51,454 nt of DNA from positions 1-51,454 of the forward strand of contig JAVRCV020000070.1 in the NCBI GenBank assembly GCA_034530615.2, given 5' to 3'. How positions within the stretch are numbered: the stretch's first letter is position 1; the number at the start of each line of letters is the position of its first letter. The DNA comes from Aulosira sp. ZfuVER01. GTDB taxonomy: Bacteria > Cyanobacteriota > Cyanobacteriia > Cyanobacteriales > Nostocaceae. The notes beneath the pieces were generated by a model. It was given only the letters and a program-made list of their open reading frames with translations, made no database searches and was not told the origin of the DNA. The position numbers and the translations under genes are program-made. Below, piece after piece: positions 41,265-51,454 of the stretch.

Positions 41265-41747
41265 TTATTTTGGCTGACGCTCAAGGCTCGCTTCTATCGT
41301 ACTGTTTAAAAAATGGCCAGTCAGAATAGCACTACTTAAATAGTAGGAATCATCTGATAACTGATGCAATGTTTCAAAGCCACTACGACGTTGGCGATCG
41401 TTGAGTGCCCAGTAGCGTTGCACAATGGTTGATACACCAATCAAACCCTCGCCTTCAACCTGTCCTAAAGAATTATGTTGAAGTAAAAAAGTATACTGGC
41501 GCTCTCCATCATCTAAACGCCCCTTATACTGTAAAGAGATTTCCGAGCGATCGCTACCTGGAAAAATCAGCTTTGTCGCCATCGTAAACCAGTTATCTCG
41601 ATTCCAAGCCACCAAGATCATACCTTTGACATTAATCGGCATACTATCGCGTTCCAGCCAGCTTCCTTGTAATGTCCAGCGTCCGGGTTGCATTAAAAAA
41701 GTGTGAGCCACCTTGTTATGTTCCTTGTCTCGATCGATTACCGCCAA
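41265..41747 (-). CDS. Conserved-looking hypothetical protein
   Basis: 160-aa ORF with beta-rich composition; start may be the GTG for VAHTFL at 41711. Confidence 0.7.
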   Translation of the reverse strand: MAVIDRDKEHNKVAHTFLMQPGRWTLQGSWLERDSMPINVKGMILVAWNRDNWFTMATKLIFPGSDRSEISLQYKGRLDDGERQYTFLLQHNSLGQVEGEGLIGVSTIVQRYWALNDRQRRSGFETLHQLSDDSYYLSSAILTGHFLNSTIEASLERQPK

Positions 41748-41837
41748 GACATAAAGATATATTTGAAACGCAAAAATGTCAGGCGGTCAATAAGTTAAAG
41801 TATAGCCTTCTGAAATTTGGAGTGCTAAGTTGTTAAC

Positions 41838-43067
41838 TCAATACTGACTAGGGTGAATTTCTCCCAGAAGCACTTCTTGCGGTGCGCCGGTAGCACTAGG
41901 TAAGTTACCAGGGATACCTAATTGTCGCCAATAGGCTAAAACTGCAAAAGCGATCGCTTCTTTAAAATCTGCACTCAAACCAACTTCATCTGTGGTCAAA
42001 ACTGGTACGGCTGGTAATAAAGACTGCAAGCGCTGTTGCAAATAAAGATTACGACTACCACCACCACATACTAGTACGCGATCGGGCAGTTGCGGTAAAA
42101 AGGTACGGTAACTATGAACAATTGAAGCAGCAGTGAGTTCTGTTAGCGTTGCCAGTATATCAGCTGGACTGAGTTGGTAGGCTTGGGCATCTTGTAAACA
42201 CTGTTCTAGATAAGTTACACCAAATAACTCTCGACCAGTAGATTTAGGCGGCGGTAGCTGAAAGTAATCTTGCGTCAGCCATTGTTCTATTAAAGGCTGA
42301 CAGGGAGTACCACTAGCTGCCCACTGACCTTTGTCATCGTAAGTTTTAGCACCATTACTCAAATGTTCCACAGCTAGATCTAACAGGCTATTCCCTGGGC
42401 CAGTATCCCAGCCACGCATTTTTTCTAGCCAATTGTCACGACGCGCCGGAATATAAGCAACATTACCAATACCCCCGATATTTTGTATACAACGTGCCTC
42501 TTGGGGATGACTGAGCAAATAAGCGTCAACTCTGGGAACTAGAGGCGCACCATGTCCACCAATAGCGATATCAGCAACACGAAAGTTACTCACAGTTGTA
42601 ATTCCCGTCAAATGGGCAATCAAAGCACCACGACCGAGTTGCAAAGTGTAACCTAAAGGAGATCTGAGAATTGTTGTTGATAACATATCTGTGTCCTCAT
42701 ATCCCCGCGTCCCCTTGTCCATCTTCTGGGGTGGTCGATGGTAAACTGTTTGACCGTGGGAGCCAATCAAAGTAGCTGGTTGATGACCAATTTGAATATT
42801 TTGGGCAGCTTGAGCAAAAACAAAGGCGATCGCATCATCTATTTCTGCCAATTCTGCCATTGAGATGGCTTCTCCTGCACACACTGCCAGGATTTTTTCT
42901 CTCAGATGTGCGGGATAAGGATATGTTGCGCCGGCTATTAACTTAACTTTCAGATCTAACTCTTGCCCAGTAATCTCTACAAAGGCAGCATCTATACCAT
43001 CAACAGATGTGCCACTAATTAAACCGACAACACGAGTAGGTACGATAGCTTGTTCAGTTGGATGCAT
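41838..43067 (-). CDS. anmK: Anhydro-N-acetylmuramic acid kinase
   Basis: Motifs [53 protein letters not shown] and KEAIAFA. Confidence 0.95.
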   Translation of the reverse strand: MHPTEQAIVPTRVVGLISGTSVDGIDAAFVEITGQELDLKVKLIAGATYPYPAHLREKILAVCAGEAISMAELAEIDDAIAFVFAQAAQNIQIGHQPATLIGSHGQTVYHRPPQKMDKGTRGYEDTDMLSTTILRSPLGYTLQLGRGALIAHLTGITTVSNFRVADIAIGGHGAPLVPRVDAYLLSHPQEARCIQNIGGIGNVAYIPARRDNWLEKMRGWDTGPGNSLLDLAVEHLSNGAKTYDDKGQWAASGTPCQPLIEQWLTQDYFQLPPPKSTGRELFGVTYLEQCLQDAQAYQLSPADILATLTELTAASIVHSYRTFLPQLPDRVLVCGGGSRNLYLQQRLQSLLPAVPVLTTDEVGLSADFKEAIAFAVLAYWRQLGIPGNLPSATGAPQEVLLGEIHPSQY

Positions 43068-43172
43068 TGACAGAGCTTTTTTATTGCTTGCAAGGGGTAG
43101 TGTAATTTATGCAACTGCTCCTGTCAAAGAAAATTGCATTTACATAGCCTGAATTTGCACAGGTATTTATTA

Positions 43173-43451
43173 CTATTTATCAGCGCAATGAATTTCTAAA
43201 CGCTTACGCTCAAGTAAAATACATCTATTACCAAGATTCTTTTTTAAAGAAATTTTCCCTTGAGCTTCGTTGCTAGCAGGCAATAATTGTGGGAGGAGTA
43301 GTGGTGTTCCAATAGCAATAAATCCTAAAGACAACATTGCTAATATTACTTTTTTATTAGAGATGGTTTCTTTTGATTTAGCTTGTGTTGTTTGGCAACA
43401 GACTTTCTTTGGAGACCAGAAATGGTCATTGAAGTTGTAATAACTCATCAA
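43173..43451 (-). CDS. Small hypothetical protein with one TM/signal-like segment
   Basis: 92-aa ORF with KKVILAMLSLGFIAIGTPLLL; co-directional with its neighbours. Confidence 0.45.
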   Translation of the reverse strand: MMSYYNFNDHFWSPKKVCCQTTQAKSKETISNKKVILAMLSLGFIAIGTPLLLPQLLPASNEAQGKISLKKNLGNRCILLERKRLEIHCADK

Positions 43452-43666
43452 TTAATTTTTTCTATTCTGTTTTATTGGGGAATACTCTAGCAATGTTTTA
43501 AGTAGTTGTCGACTTGAGACTTGCGAATTTATAGAGCTATATTTAGTTTTTCCTCAAGCCTACGCCATCTTATCCCACATATATCTCTCTCTTGAGAATT
43601 ATCTTCTAAGCCATCTCATCAGTAGATTTTTGGCTGTGCTTGGCGTGTTGTATGTCATGAATTTAG

Positions 43667-43692
43667 CTCCCCGACTTGAAGAATTCGGGGAG
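43667..43692. repeat. Dispersed palindromic repeat (CCCCGAC..TCGGGG family)
   Basis: CTCCCCGACTTGAAGAATTCGGGGAG; related copy at 45290-45320. Confidence 0.6.
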
Positions 43693-43764
43693 TTTGGCAA
43701 CAATTTTCTAGAATTAATACCATTCGTAATTACGAATTATGAATTGGTATAAATCAAGGCTTAA

Positions 43765-44709
43765 TTAAGCAAATTCCGAAACAGATGGTATCTGTTTTTG
43801 CATAGTTTTGAGTAGATCTAAAGCTTTTTGACAGGCTAGCTTTTCGCCTGTGTGTCCAAAGAACCGGGATGCTGTTTGCAAATCCGCGATCGCTCCTTGA
43901 TAATACCCTAGGTGATATCGAGTCACACCACGGTTAACATAAGCAAGGGCACTATCAGGTTTTAGCTTGATGACTTTGGAGAAATCACGCAATGCACCAA
44001 AGTTATCTCCTTTACGGCCGCAAGCACAACCCCGGTTAAAGTAAGCTCTATAGTCGTTGGCATCGAGGTGAATTGCCCTACTAAAATCGACCATAGCAGC
44101 TTCTAAGTCTTGCAACTGCAAACGCGCTAAACCTCTATCGTTGTAAATATCTGCGAGGAGTATATTTGTGGGTTGAGAGATTTGACCCAGAGCTAGATTA
44201 TAATCAACGATTGCCTGAGAATAATTGCCCTTTGCCGCATGGACTAGCGCTAAATTATAGTAGCCGCGAAACTCATAAGGTTTGAGTGCGATCGCGCGAT
44301 GATAATCAGCAGTAGCAGCAGCATAGTCTTTTTGCCTGTAGCTTGCCAAACCCCGATTTAGATAAGCTTCAGCGTTGTTCGGGGTAAAATTTATGGCTTG
44401 AGTACAATCTGCGATCGCCTGATGATAATCTTGTAGTTGTAGATAAGCAAGACAGCGATCGCTATAAGCTTCTCCAAAATTGCTTTGAAGTTGAATTGCC
44501 TGGTTTAAATCCTCGATAGCTTCCTGATAATTACTGTGTAGAATTTTATCTACACCCAACTTCAAAAATTCACTGGCTGTGATTTGGTGATTCAAGATAG
44601 GTGAAGCTTGGGCAGCATCCGTCGAAAAAGTAAGAACACAAGCAACAATTGCACTGAGAAATAATCGCCAGAAATAATTCATAAGCAATATATTTGACAA
44701 TTTCGACAT
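43765..44709 (-). CDS. TPR-repeat protein with N-terminal signal peptide
   Basis: Repeated AY.NRG....G.Y..AI.D...AI motifs; hydrophobic N-terminus ending AQA. Confidence 0.88.
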   Translation of the reverse strand: MSKLSNILLMNYFWRLFLSAIVACVLTFSTDAAQASPILNHQITASEFLKLGVDKILHSNYQEAIEDLNQAIQLQSNFGEAYSDRCLAYLQLQDYHQAIADCTQAINFTPNNAEAYLNRGLASYRQKDYAAATADYHRAIALKPYEFRGYYNLALVHAAKGNYSQAIVDYNLALGQISQPTNILLADIYNDRGLARLQLQDLEAAMVDFSRAIHLDANDYRAYFNRGCACGRKGDNFGALRDFSKVIKLKPDSALAYVNRGVTRYHLGYYQGAIADLQTASRFFGHTGEKLACQKALDLLKTMQKQIPSVSEFA

Positions 44710-44772
44710 TGCTAAAATTTAGCGGGACAAAAGCCCCGCTATTAAATCATTGTTACCGTTATATTGGGTTAA

Positions 44773-45105
44773 TTACCAACCTTTATCTGCTTGTTCAATT
44801 ACGTAAGCAGCTACGTCTTCAATCTGGCTGCTATTTAAACGGCCGTTGAAAGCAGGCATAGCATTTTTACCCTTCGTCACTTGACTGATAATCGCCTCTG
44901 CTGAGTACATACCGTATTTTTCCAAAGCATCTTTTTTCAGGTTCTTATCAGCTTGAACCAAATTCTTACCGCCTGCATGGCAAGAAGCACAATTAGCACT
45001 AAATACTTTGGCTCCACTGGTAGCGTCTGCTGCTAAAGCTGAATTACTGAAGGCGAAGGTGAAGATAGCAATGCCTAACAGTATTATGGAAAAAATCCTT
45101 TTCAT
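44773..45105 (-). CDS. petJ: Cytochrome c6
   Basis: Signal peptide ending ALA; heme motif [13 protein letters not shown] axial Met; C-terminal KGW; AGAGGA RBS. Confidence 0.93.
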   Translation of the reverse strand: MKRIFSIILLGIAIFTFAFSNSALAADATSGAKVFSANCASCHAGGKNLVQADKNLKKDALEKYGMYSAEAIISQVTKGKNAMPAFNGRLNSSQIEDVAAYVIEQADKGW

Positions 45106-45289
45106 TTCGTGTTTCCTCTACAACCAAGGCGTATTCGGTGCAGTATTCTCCATAATTTTCCGATGAACAATTTTCTAAGTCAAAAGACAAGCTGTCAAAC
45201 TTAATTTCAATGATTGATGTGTTTAAATTATGGTTAAAAAACCAACGAGAAAGTAATCTTATCTGATATATAAAAATTTGTTGTATGCA

Positions 45290-45320
45290 GATCTCCGACT
45301 TTTCAAAAAAGTCGGGGATC
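45290..45320. repeat. Palindromic dispersed repeat / possible GNAT terminator
   Basis: GATCTCCGACTTTTCAAAAAAGTCGGGGATC. Confidence 0.6.
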
Positions 45321-45327
45321 TAACTTG

Positions 45328-45837
45328 TCACGAATGATTTGATACTGTTACAGCAGCTAATTGTGCTAGAGTTTCTTCAGTCACACGACAAATTCGCCAA
45401 TCATCTAAAATAGATGCTCCCATACTGCGGTAAAATTCTTGCGCCGACTCATTCCAATCTAAAACACTCCACTCTAACCGCCCACAATTTCGCTCTACAG
45501 CTATTTGGGCTAATTTAGATAAAAGAGCCGTACCAATACCTTGACGGCGATATTCAGGTAGCACAAATAAATCTTCTAGATAAATACCTGGCTTAGTCAA
45601 AAATGTTGAATAATTAGGAAAAAATAGGGCAAAACCTACAGCTTGCCCGGCATACTCTGCTAATATTGCTTCAACATATCTGGGATTGCCAAATAAATGC
45701 TCTTTAAGAGCCATAACATTGCCACTTACAGCATGAGATAGTTTCTCATACTCTGCTAATTGCTGAATTAGATCAAATAAAACACTGCAATCAGCAGGTT
45801 CGGCAAAACGCAAAATTAAATCGCTACGCAAACCCAT
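45328..45837 (-). CDS. GNAT acetyltransferase (diamine/SSAT-like)
   Basis: Motifs LAEYEKL, IYLEDLFVLPEYRRQGIG and WSVLDWNESAQEFY. Confidence 0.9.
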   Translation of the reverse strand: MGLRSDLILRFAEPADCSVLFDLIQQLAEYEKLSHAVSGNVMALKEHLFGNPRYVEAILAEYAGQAVGFALFFPNYSTFLTKPGIYLEDLFVLPEYRRQGIGTALLSKLAQIAVERNCGRLEWSVLDWNESAQEFYRSMGASILDDWRICRVTEETLAQLAAVTVSNHS

Positions 45838-45918
45838 TATTCTATGGTCTATAAACTATAGACCATAGTTTATATTGAACAGAGCCAATTTTTTGACAAA
45901 TAACAAATGACAAAATAA

Positions 45919-47052
45919 CTAAATCAACCACCCCTTTAACCGTTTTGCAATGTGAGGACGCCTCAATTTTCGCATAGCTTTACTTTGAATTTGTCGCACT
46001 CGTTCGCGGGAGAGATTGAACATATTACCGACTTCTTCCAAAGTACAGGGTTCGCTCGTTGTCAACCCATAACGTAGGGAAATTACATCTTTTTCCCTTG
46101 GGGTTAACACATCACCCAAAACTTCCCAAATCTCCTGACGCATCATGTGTTCATTCATTTTTGCTTCTGGAGATAGGTTATCTTCATCCTCTAGCAAATC
46201 CATCAGTTCCGTGTCTTCTTCTTTACCAACACGGTGGTTTAAAGACAACGCTTGACGCCTAAGTTGCTGCAATTGACGTAGTTGCTGCACATTCATCTCC
46301 AAAACTTCTGCCATTTCAGCTTCGGAAGGATTACGTGCTAGCTTTTGTTTAAGTTCTCGTTGCGCTTTTTTAAGTTTGTTAAGTTTTTCAACAATATGGA
46401 TAGGTAAGCGGATGGTGCGCGCATCATTAGCGATCGCGCGTGTAATCGCTTGTCTAATCCACCAATAGGCGTATGTCGAAAATTTATATCCTTTATCTGG
46501 ATCGAATTTTTCTGTAGCGCGATTTAAACCCATTGCGCCTTCTTGGATTAAATCTAGAAAAGGCACTCCGCGATTAAGATATCGTTTGGCAATGGAGACT
46601 ACTAAACGCAAGTTCGAGCGAATCATTTTGCGTTTCGCCACTCGACCTTGATATAAGCGACTTTCTAGCTGCTTTTCCGTCATATCTAGCTCGGCAGCTA
46701 TTTGTCCTTTAGTCGGTTGTTGTCCTAAGCTTGAATGTAAGGACTCTTGTATGTTCCTGACATCTTCCAAAAATCTGACTCGCCGTGCTAATTCCACCTC
46801 TTCATCAGCTTTTAGCAACGGATAACGCGCCATTTCTTTAAAAAACGCGCCTACAGCATCATCATGCTCGGTTTTATTGTATCCCGACGGACGGGCTGCT
46901 GCCATCTCATCGCCATCACGTTCCTCAGATTCCAGAGTTTCTGGAATTGAAGAATCGTCATCTGCCACTGCTGCTAAATTATCAAATGATTGTTCTTCAA
47001 TTTCAGCAGCACTCTCTAGTATTTCCAGTGTTCCCAATTCAGCAATATTCAT
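45919..47052 (-). CDS. sigE: Group 2 RNA polymerase sigma factor, SigE-type
   Basis: Motifs DAVGAFFKEMARYPLL, NLRLVVSIAKRY, DLIQEG, YAYWWIRQAITR and RERVRQIQ. Confidence 0.85.
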   Translation of the reverse strand: MNIAELGTLEILESAAEIEEQSFDNLAAVADDDSSIPETLESEERDGDEMAAARPSGYNKTEHDDAVGAFFKEMARYPLLKADEEVELARRVRFLEDVRNIQESLHSSLGQQPTKGQIAAELDMTEKQLESRLYQGRVAKRKMIRSNLRLVVSIAKRYLNRGVPFLDLIQEGAMGLNRATEKFDPDKGYKFSTYAYWWIRQAITRAIANDARTIRLPIHIVEKLNKLKKAQRELKQKLARNPSEAEMAEVLEMNVQQLRQLQQLRRQALSLNHRVGKEEDTELMDLLEDEDNLSPEAKMNEHMMRQEIWEVLGDVLTPREKDVISLRYGLTTSEPCTLEEVGNMFNLSRERVRQIQSKAMRKLRRPHIAKRLKGWLI

Positions 47053-47887
47053 AACTTTCCTTTAGGGATTGTTGCTTTGTTTGGTACATAATTCAGTGAC
47101 AGCTGCTTGCTTGAGGCTTGGTAGTTTCCCTAAGGGAGAAATGCACACGTCCGGTAGCAAAACAAAAGGTTATGCTAATTTCTCATTAGAAGTTAAAATC
47201 AATGTCTAGCTGTCATTGCTTAGTTCTTGCTAGATAGATCTCATAACAATACTGGCCTATGCACCCACCAACTATCTCCTCAGCTTCCCAACCTCTATAT
47301 TCCTCATTTTTTTATTGATTGCTAAATATGTCAAATGCCCTCAAACTTTCTCAACCTTAACTCAGATAAAATTTACAGTTAGACATCCCAAAATCTTAAA
47401 TTTTTGTTTAATTTTTCAAAGTTTTTTAGACTTTATTGGTTGGGAGTGATGTCAAAAAGCGTTGGCTAACTGCTGAGTTGATCGGGTTTGATTAAGTTTC
47501 ATGACTGACACAAAAGTAGCAATTTAAAATTTGGAAATATTTTACTTGATTTGTATAAAAGCATCTCATATACATAATCAATTGAATATCTATCAATAGG
47601 GTGAAAATCTTATACCCTGTTTAGTAGATACAACAACTGTTTAGAAGATAGTAGATGAAATACTTTTATTGTGTATGGTGGGTATCCAATATTTACTGCA
47701 TCTATAGTTGAGTTTAATTTGGCGATGTGGATTACATAAGAGGAAACTTATCAAGTATTATGAGGGATAAAAGTATTGCGAATTACAGTTTATGCCGGGA
47801 AGAGAAAAAAGTTAGATGATCGAGTGCAAGGTAACTTTTGACGAACTATAAGAAAGGCATAAAAATCTATCTATTAAAATAGCAACT

Positions 47888-50446
47888 ATGTATATTGATG
47901 GCGTAAATTTATCCCATTTGGTAGTTAATGAGCCTGGGGAATCATATCAATCACAGATGAGTATTGATCGCTGGATTGAAGTGTTGGTAGACTGTCCAGA
48001 AAATTCTGGGCTATTTACTTATCGATTACCAGATCAGTTAGAAATCAAACCAGGTGATATTTTAACTGTACCCTTTGGTACACAACAGTTAGGAGGGATC
48101 GCCATTCGTCTATTGGCACAGCCAAATCCTGAGATACCACTAGAGAAAATTCGGGATGTAGAAGATGTTGTGAGTGTAGGGTTTTTTCCAAGTGGTTATT
48201 GGGAATTATTAAATAGAGTATCGACATATTACTATACGCCCTTAATTCAAGCGATCAGGGTGGCTTTACCACCGGGATTGTTAGGGCGATCGCAGTCTCG
48301 CCTCCGCCTTAAACCAGAAAACATTCCTCATGGTGCAGAGGAGTTTCTTAATTCCACAGCAGCGCGTCAAATTCTCAAAATTCTCCAATCTCAAGCGACT
48401 GGAGACTATAGCTGCAAATTTCTCAAGCGCCAGGTTAAAGGATTTAACTGGGGAAAAAAGAAATTACTTGAACGTGGCTGGGTAGAAAGCTATATAGAAC
48501 TACCTAGATACTCTCGTCCCCAAACGAAATCAGCACTCACCTTAGTTGATGATGGATTACATTTTGACCTTAACAAACGTCAACGGGAAATTTTGAAAGT
48601 GCTACGGGATTGTGGCGGTGAGGTGTGGCTGAATGAGTTCCTCCAAATTTGCAAAACAACTACTCCTACCTTGAAAGGGCTAGAGCAAAAAGGTTGTATT
48701 GTGATTGAGGAACGGGAAGTATTACGAAAAGAACAGGGTCCCGTAGTTGCAGGCGATCGCCCTAAATCTTTAACTAGCGATCAATCTTATGCTTTAGCCA
48801 GAATCCAAGCACTAGATGGATATGCTCAAGTCTTGTTGCATGGGGTGACAGGTTCTGGGAAAACCGAAGTTTACTTACAAGCGATCGCACCTTTATTAAA
48901 CCAAGGTAAATCCGCCCTGGTTTTAGTCCCAGAAATTGGACTCACACCCCAGCTAACCGATCGCTTTCGTGCTCGTTTTGGTAACAAAGTTAACGTCTAT
49001 CATAGTGCGCTCTCGGAAGGCGAACGTTACGACACCTGGCGGCAGATGCTTGCAGGCGAAGCCCAGGTAGTAATTGGTACACGTAGTGCTATTTTTGCGC
49101 CCTTACCCAACTTGGGTTTAATCATCTTAGATGAAGAACACGACAGCAGCTTTAAGCAAGACTCCCCCATCCCCACCTACCATGCTCGCACCGTTGCGCA
49201 ATGGCGCGCCGAAATCGAAAATTGTCCCTTAGTTTTGGGTTCGGCTACACCTTCGTTAGAGAGTTGGCTGAGTTTGAAAGAGGACACGGAGAGGGGAAGA
49301 CGCAAAGACGCGGGGACAGAAAATTTCTCCGCGTCTTTGCGTCCCCATTTCCCCCTGTCCTCCTACTACCTCTCCCTTCCCGAACGCATCAACTCACGTC
49401 CCTTACCGCCGATAGAAATAGTAGATATGCGACGAGAGTTGCAAGAGGGAAATCGCTCTATATTTAGTAGATCCCTACAAACAGCTTTGCAACAGATCCA
49501 AGAAAGACAACAACAGGGAATTTTATTTATCCATCGCCGGGGACATAGTACTTTTGTTTCTTGCCGTAGTTGTGGCTATGTACTGGAGTGCCCCCATTGT
49601 GATGTGTCACTAGCTTATCACCATACCGAAGATGGCGCACCCCAACTGTTACGCTGCCATTACTGTAATTATGGGCGATCGCATCCAAAATTCTGCCCAG
49701 ACTGCGCTTCCCCTTATCTCAAGTTCTTCGGTAGCGGTACTCAACGAGTAGCCCAAGAATTATCGCGCGAGTTTCCCCAACTAAGCTACATCCGTTTTGA
49801 TAGCGATACTACTCGCAACAAAGGCGCACATCGTACCCTCCTCACCCGGTTTGCTAACGGGGAAGCACATCTATTAGTAGGTACGCAAATGCTTACCAAA
49901 GGTTTGGATTTACCACAGGTGACACTTGTAGGTGTTGTGGCTGCTGACGGCTTACTACATCTTTCGGATTATCGCGCCAGCGAACGGGCATTTCAAACCT
50001 TAACCCAGGTAGCTGGGCGTGCTGGTAGAGGCGACGATCCCGGTAGGGTAATTATCCAAACTTACAACCCCGAACATGAGGTAATTGAAGCCGTAAAACG
50101 CCACGATTATCAGTCTTTTTCTACTGCCGAACTAGAACAAAGACAAGCACTCAATTATCCTCCCTATGGCAGGTTGATTTTGTTGCGCTTGAGCAGTTTA
50201 GATCCGATTCAAGTCCAAAATACTGCGCAAATAATAGCTACCGCGTTGGGAACAGAAGAAGGATTTGAGATATTAGGGCCAGCACCAGCTAGTATTTTAC
50301 GGGTAGCTAATCGTTATCGCTGGCAGATATTAATTAAGTTTGCGTCTGAAGATTTACCAAAATTACCAGATTGGGAAGAAGTGCGAGGGCTTTGTCCGGC
50401 ATCTGTTAGCTTAACTATTGATGTAGACCCATTAAACATTATGTGA
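47888..50446 (+). CDS. priA: Primosomal protein N' (replication-restart helicase)
   Basis: Motifs GVTGSGKT, DEEHD and GSATPS; four CxxC zinc pairs; QVAGRAGR; C-terminal IDVDP. Confidence 0.96.
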   Translation: MYIDGVNLSHLVVNEPGESYQSQMSIDRWIEVLVDCPENSGLFTYRLPDQLEIKPGDILTVPFGTQQLGGIAIRLLAQPNPEIPLEKIRDVEDVVSVGFFPSGYWELLNRVSTYYYTPLIQAIRVALPPGLLGRSQSRLRLKPENIPHGAEEFLNSTAARQILKILQSQATGDYSCKFLKRQVKGFNWGKKKLLERGWVESYIELPRYSRPQTKSALTLVDDGLHFDLNKRQREILKVLRDCGGEVWLNEFLQICKTTTPTLKGLEQKGCIVIEEREVLRKEQGPVVAGDRPKSLTSDQSYALARIQALDGYAQVLLHGVTGSGKTEVYLQAIAPLLNQGKSALVLVPEIGLTPQLTDRFRARFGNKVNVYHSALSEGERYDTWRQMLAGEAQVVIGTRSAIFAPLPNLGLIILDEEHDSSFKQDSPIPTYHARTVAQWRAEIENCPLVLGSATPSLESWLSLKEDTERGRRKDAGTENFSASLRPHFPLSSYYLSLPERINSRPLPPIEIVDMRRELQEGNRSIFSRSLQTALQQIQERQQQGILFIHRRGHSTFVSCRSCGYVLECPHCDVSLAYHHTEDGAPQLLRCHYCNYGRSHPKFCPDCASPYLKFFGSGTQRVAQELSREFPQLSYIRFDSDTTRNKGAHRTLLTRFANGEAHLLVGTQMLTKGLDLPQVTLVGVVAADGLLHLSDYRASERAFQTLTQVAGRAGRGDDPGRVIIQTYNPEHEVIEAVKRHDYQSFSTAELEQRQALNYPPYGRLILLRLSSLDPIQVQNTAQIIATALGTEEGFEILGPAPASILRVANRYRWQILIKFASEDLPKLPDWEEVRGLCPASVSLTIDVDPLNIM

Positions 50447-50448
50447 CT

Positions 50449-50473
50449 AAAGGGCAGGATTTACCCGCCCTTT
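50449..50473. terminator. Likely bidirectional intrinsic terminator
   Basis: AAAGGGC-AGGATTTACCC-GCCCTTT between the convergent priA and RTX genes. Confidence 0.55.
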
Positions 50474-50508
50474 GCTTTGGTTATATTAAGTTGGTGAGAG
50501 TATGCTAA

Positions 50509-51453
50509 CTACTGAATTAGGAAATCATTTGCTGAGAGTGATGGACGATTAGTGAGGGTTGCAAATTGAGCACCTGTACCAAAGCCATTTAGCACACCAT
50601 TTTCGTTATAAAACAATTTACCATTGGCAGAATTGTAAACAATCATGGCACTGCTAATGGCAGCAGCAGCATCAGTTGCGACTTGGATAAACTCATTGGC
50701 AGCACTGAAACCATTGCCAGCAATACTGGTAAGTGCAGTGAATGTATTTTTGTACAGAACAATTTTGTCACTATTCAGAGTAAAGTCAGCGATCGTGTCA
50801 ACTCCAATAGCGCTGCTATTAAAAGGAGAGTTGAGGTTATAAACAAATTGATCGTTGCCAGTTCCACCTAATAAGTAGTCATTACCAGCGCCACCTACGA
50901 GAAAGTCGTTATCATTACCGCCCAGTAGCGAGTCGTTGCCATCAGCGCCTACAAGGTAGTCATCGCCGATATCACCAGAAAGGTAGTCATTACCGTTCTC
51001 GCCTAGTAACGAGTCATTGCCATCCCCACCAAATAAATAATCATTTCCATCACCACCAATGAGAGAGTTGTTGGCATTATTTCCTCGAATGGTATTGTTG
51101 AGAGCATTGCCAGTAGCGTTGATAGCAATATTACCCGTGAGGATGAGGTTCTCTAAATTTGTACCTAAGGTATAGTCAACGGCAGCATAAATGCTATCTG
51201 TACCACCATTAATGTTTTGCTCAACCACCACATCCTTGACATTATCAACGTAGTAAATGTCATTGCCATCACCGCCTACTAAGCTATCCTCACCTGTACC
51301 GCCATCGAGAATATCGTTGCCAGCCCCACCATCAAGACTATCGTTGCCCACTCCACCAAATAAGTAATCGTTTCCATCACCACCAATGAGAGAGTTGTCG
51401 GCATTATTTCCTCGAATGGTATTGTTGAGAGCATTGCCAGTAGCGTTGATAGC
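50509..51453 (-). CDS. RTX/hemolysin-type calcium-binding protein, 5'-truncated by the window edge
   Basis: GGxGxDxLx nonapeptides; C-terminal DTIADF..D.I.L..DFLIQ T1SS-type tail. The frame stays open from 51351 to the window end. Confidence 0.9.
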   Translation of the reverse strand, partial: AINATGNALNNTIRGNNADNSLIGGDGNDYLFGGVGNDSLDGGAGNDILDGGTGEDSLVGGDGNDIYYVDNVKDVVVEQNINGGTDSIYAAVDYTLGTNLENLILTGNIAINATGNALNNTIRGNNANNSLIGGDGNDYLFGGDGNDSLLGENGNDYLSGDIGDDYLVGADGNDSLLGGNDNDFLVGGAGNDYLLGGTGNDQFVYNLNSPFNSSAIGVDTIADFTLNSDKIVLYKNTFTALTSIAGNGFSAANEFIQVATDAAAAISSAMIVYNSANGKLFYNENGVLNGFGTGAQFATLTNRPSLSANDFLIQ

Positions 51454-51454
51454 A

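Noticed and set aside
50509..51351. Complete 280-aa gene starting at GTG 51351
   Set aside because: The frame is open to the window edge, so the real start lies outside the window.
1..51454. tRNA, rRNA, integrase or full IS transposase
   Set aside because: None was recognised by eye; tRNAscan-SE, Rfam and ISfinder would settle it.

Overview
This window is from a heterocyst-forming (Nostocales-type) cyanobacterial chromosome, judged from frequent HIP1 GCGATCGC sites, STRR heptamers and small dispersed repeats. 1-20 kb holds the heterocyst glycolipid PKS cluster: hglE (carrying the hglF-like part), hglG, hglD, hglC, hglA, hglB/hetM and hetI. hetN is absent, and a ParD/ParE-type toxin-antitoxin pair plus a TspO-like gene occupy its usual position. 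A YheT-like hydrolase, rpaA and a desaturase/SDR fusion follow. About 24-41 kb looks accessory: an Rpn/DUF4351 nuclease, a HIP1-anchored repeat array, an AT-rich patatin / Ser-Thr kinase-FGE / glycine-zipper GTPase trio, a Cache-HAMP-PAS kinase with a NarL regulator, an FtsH, and an orphan NRPS with a degenerate A domain. 41-51 kb holds anmK, a TPR protein, petJ, a GNAT, sigE, priA and the 3' part of an RTX protein. The best leads are the patatin-kinase-GTPase trio as a candidate defence/conflict system, an in-frame A10 run at the hglE/hglF junction, a possible intragenic RpnS antitoxin, and the A-dead NRPS. All calls are motif recognition by eye; no database search was run.
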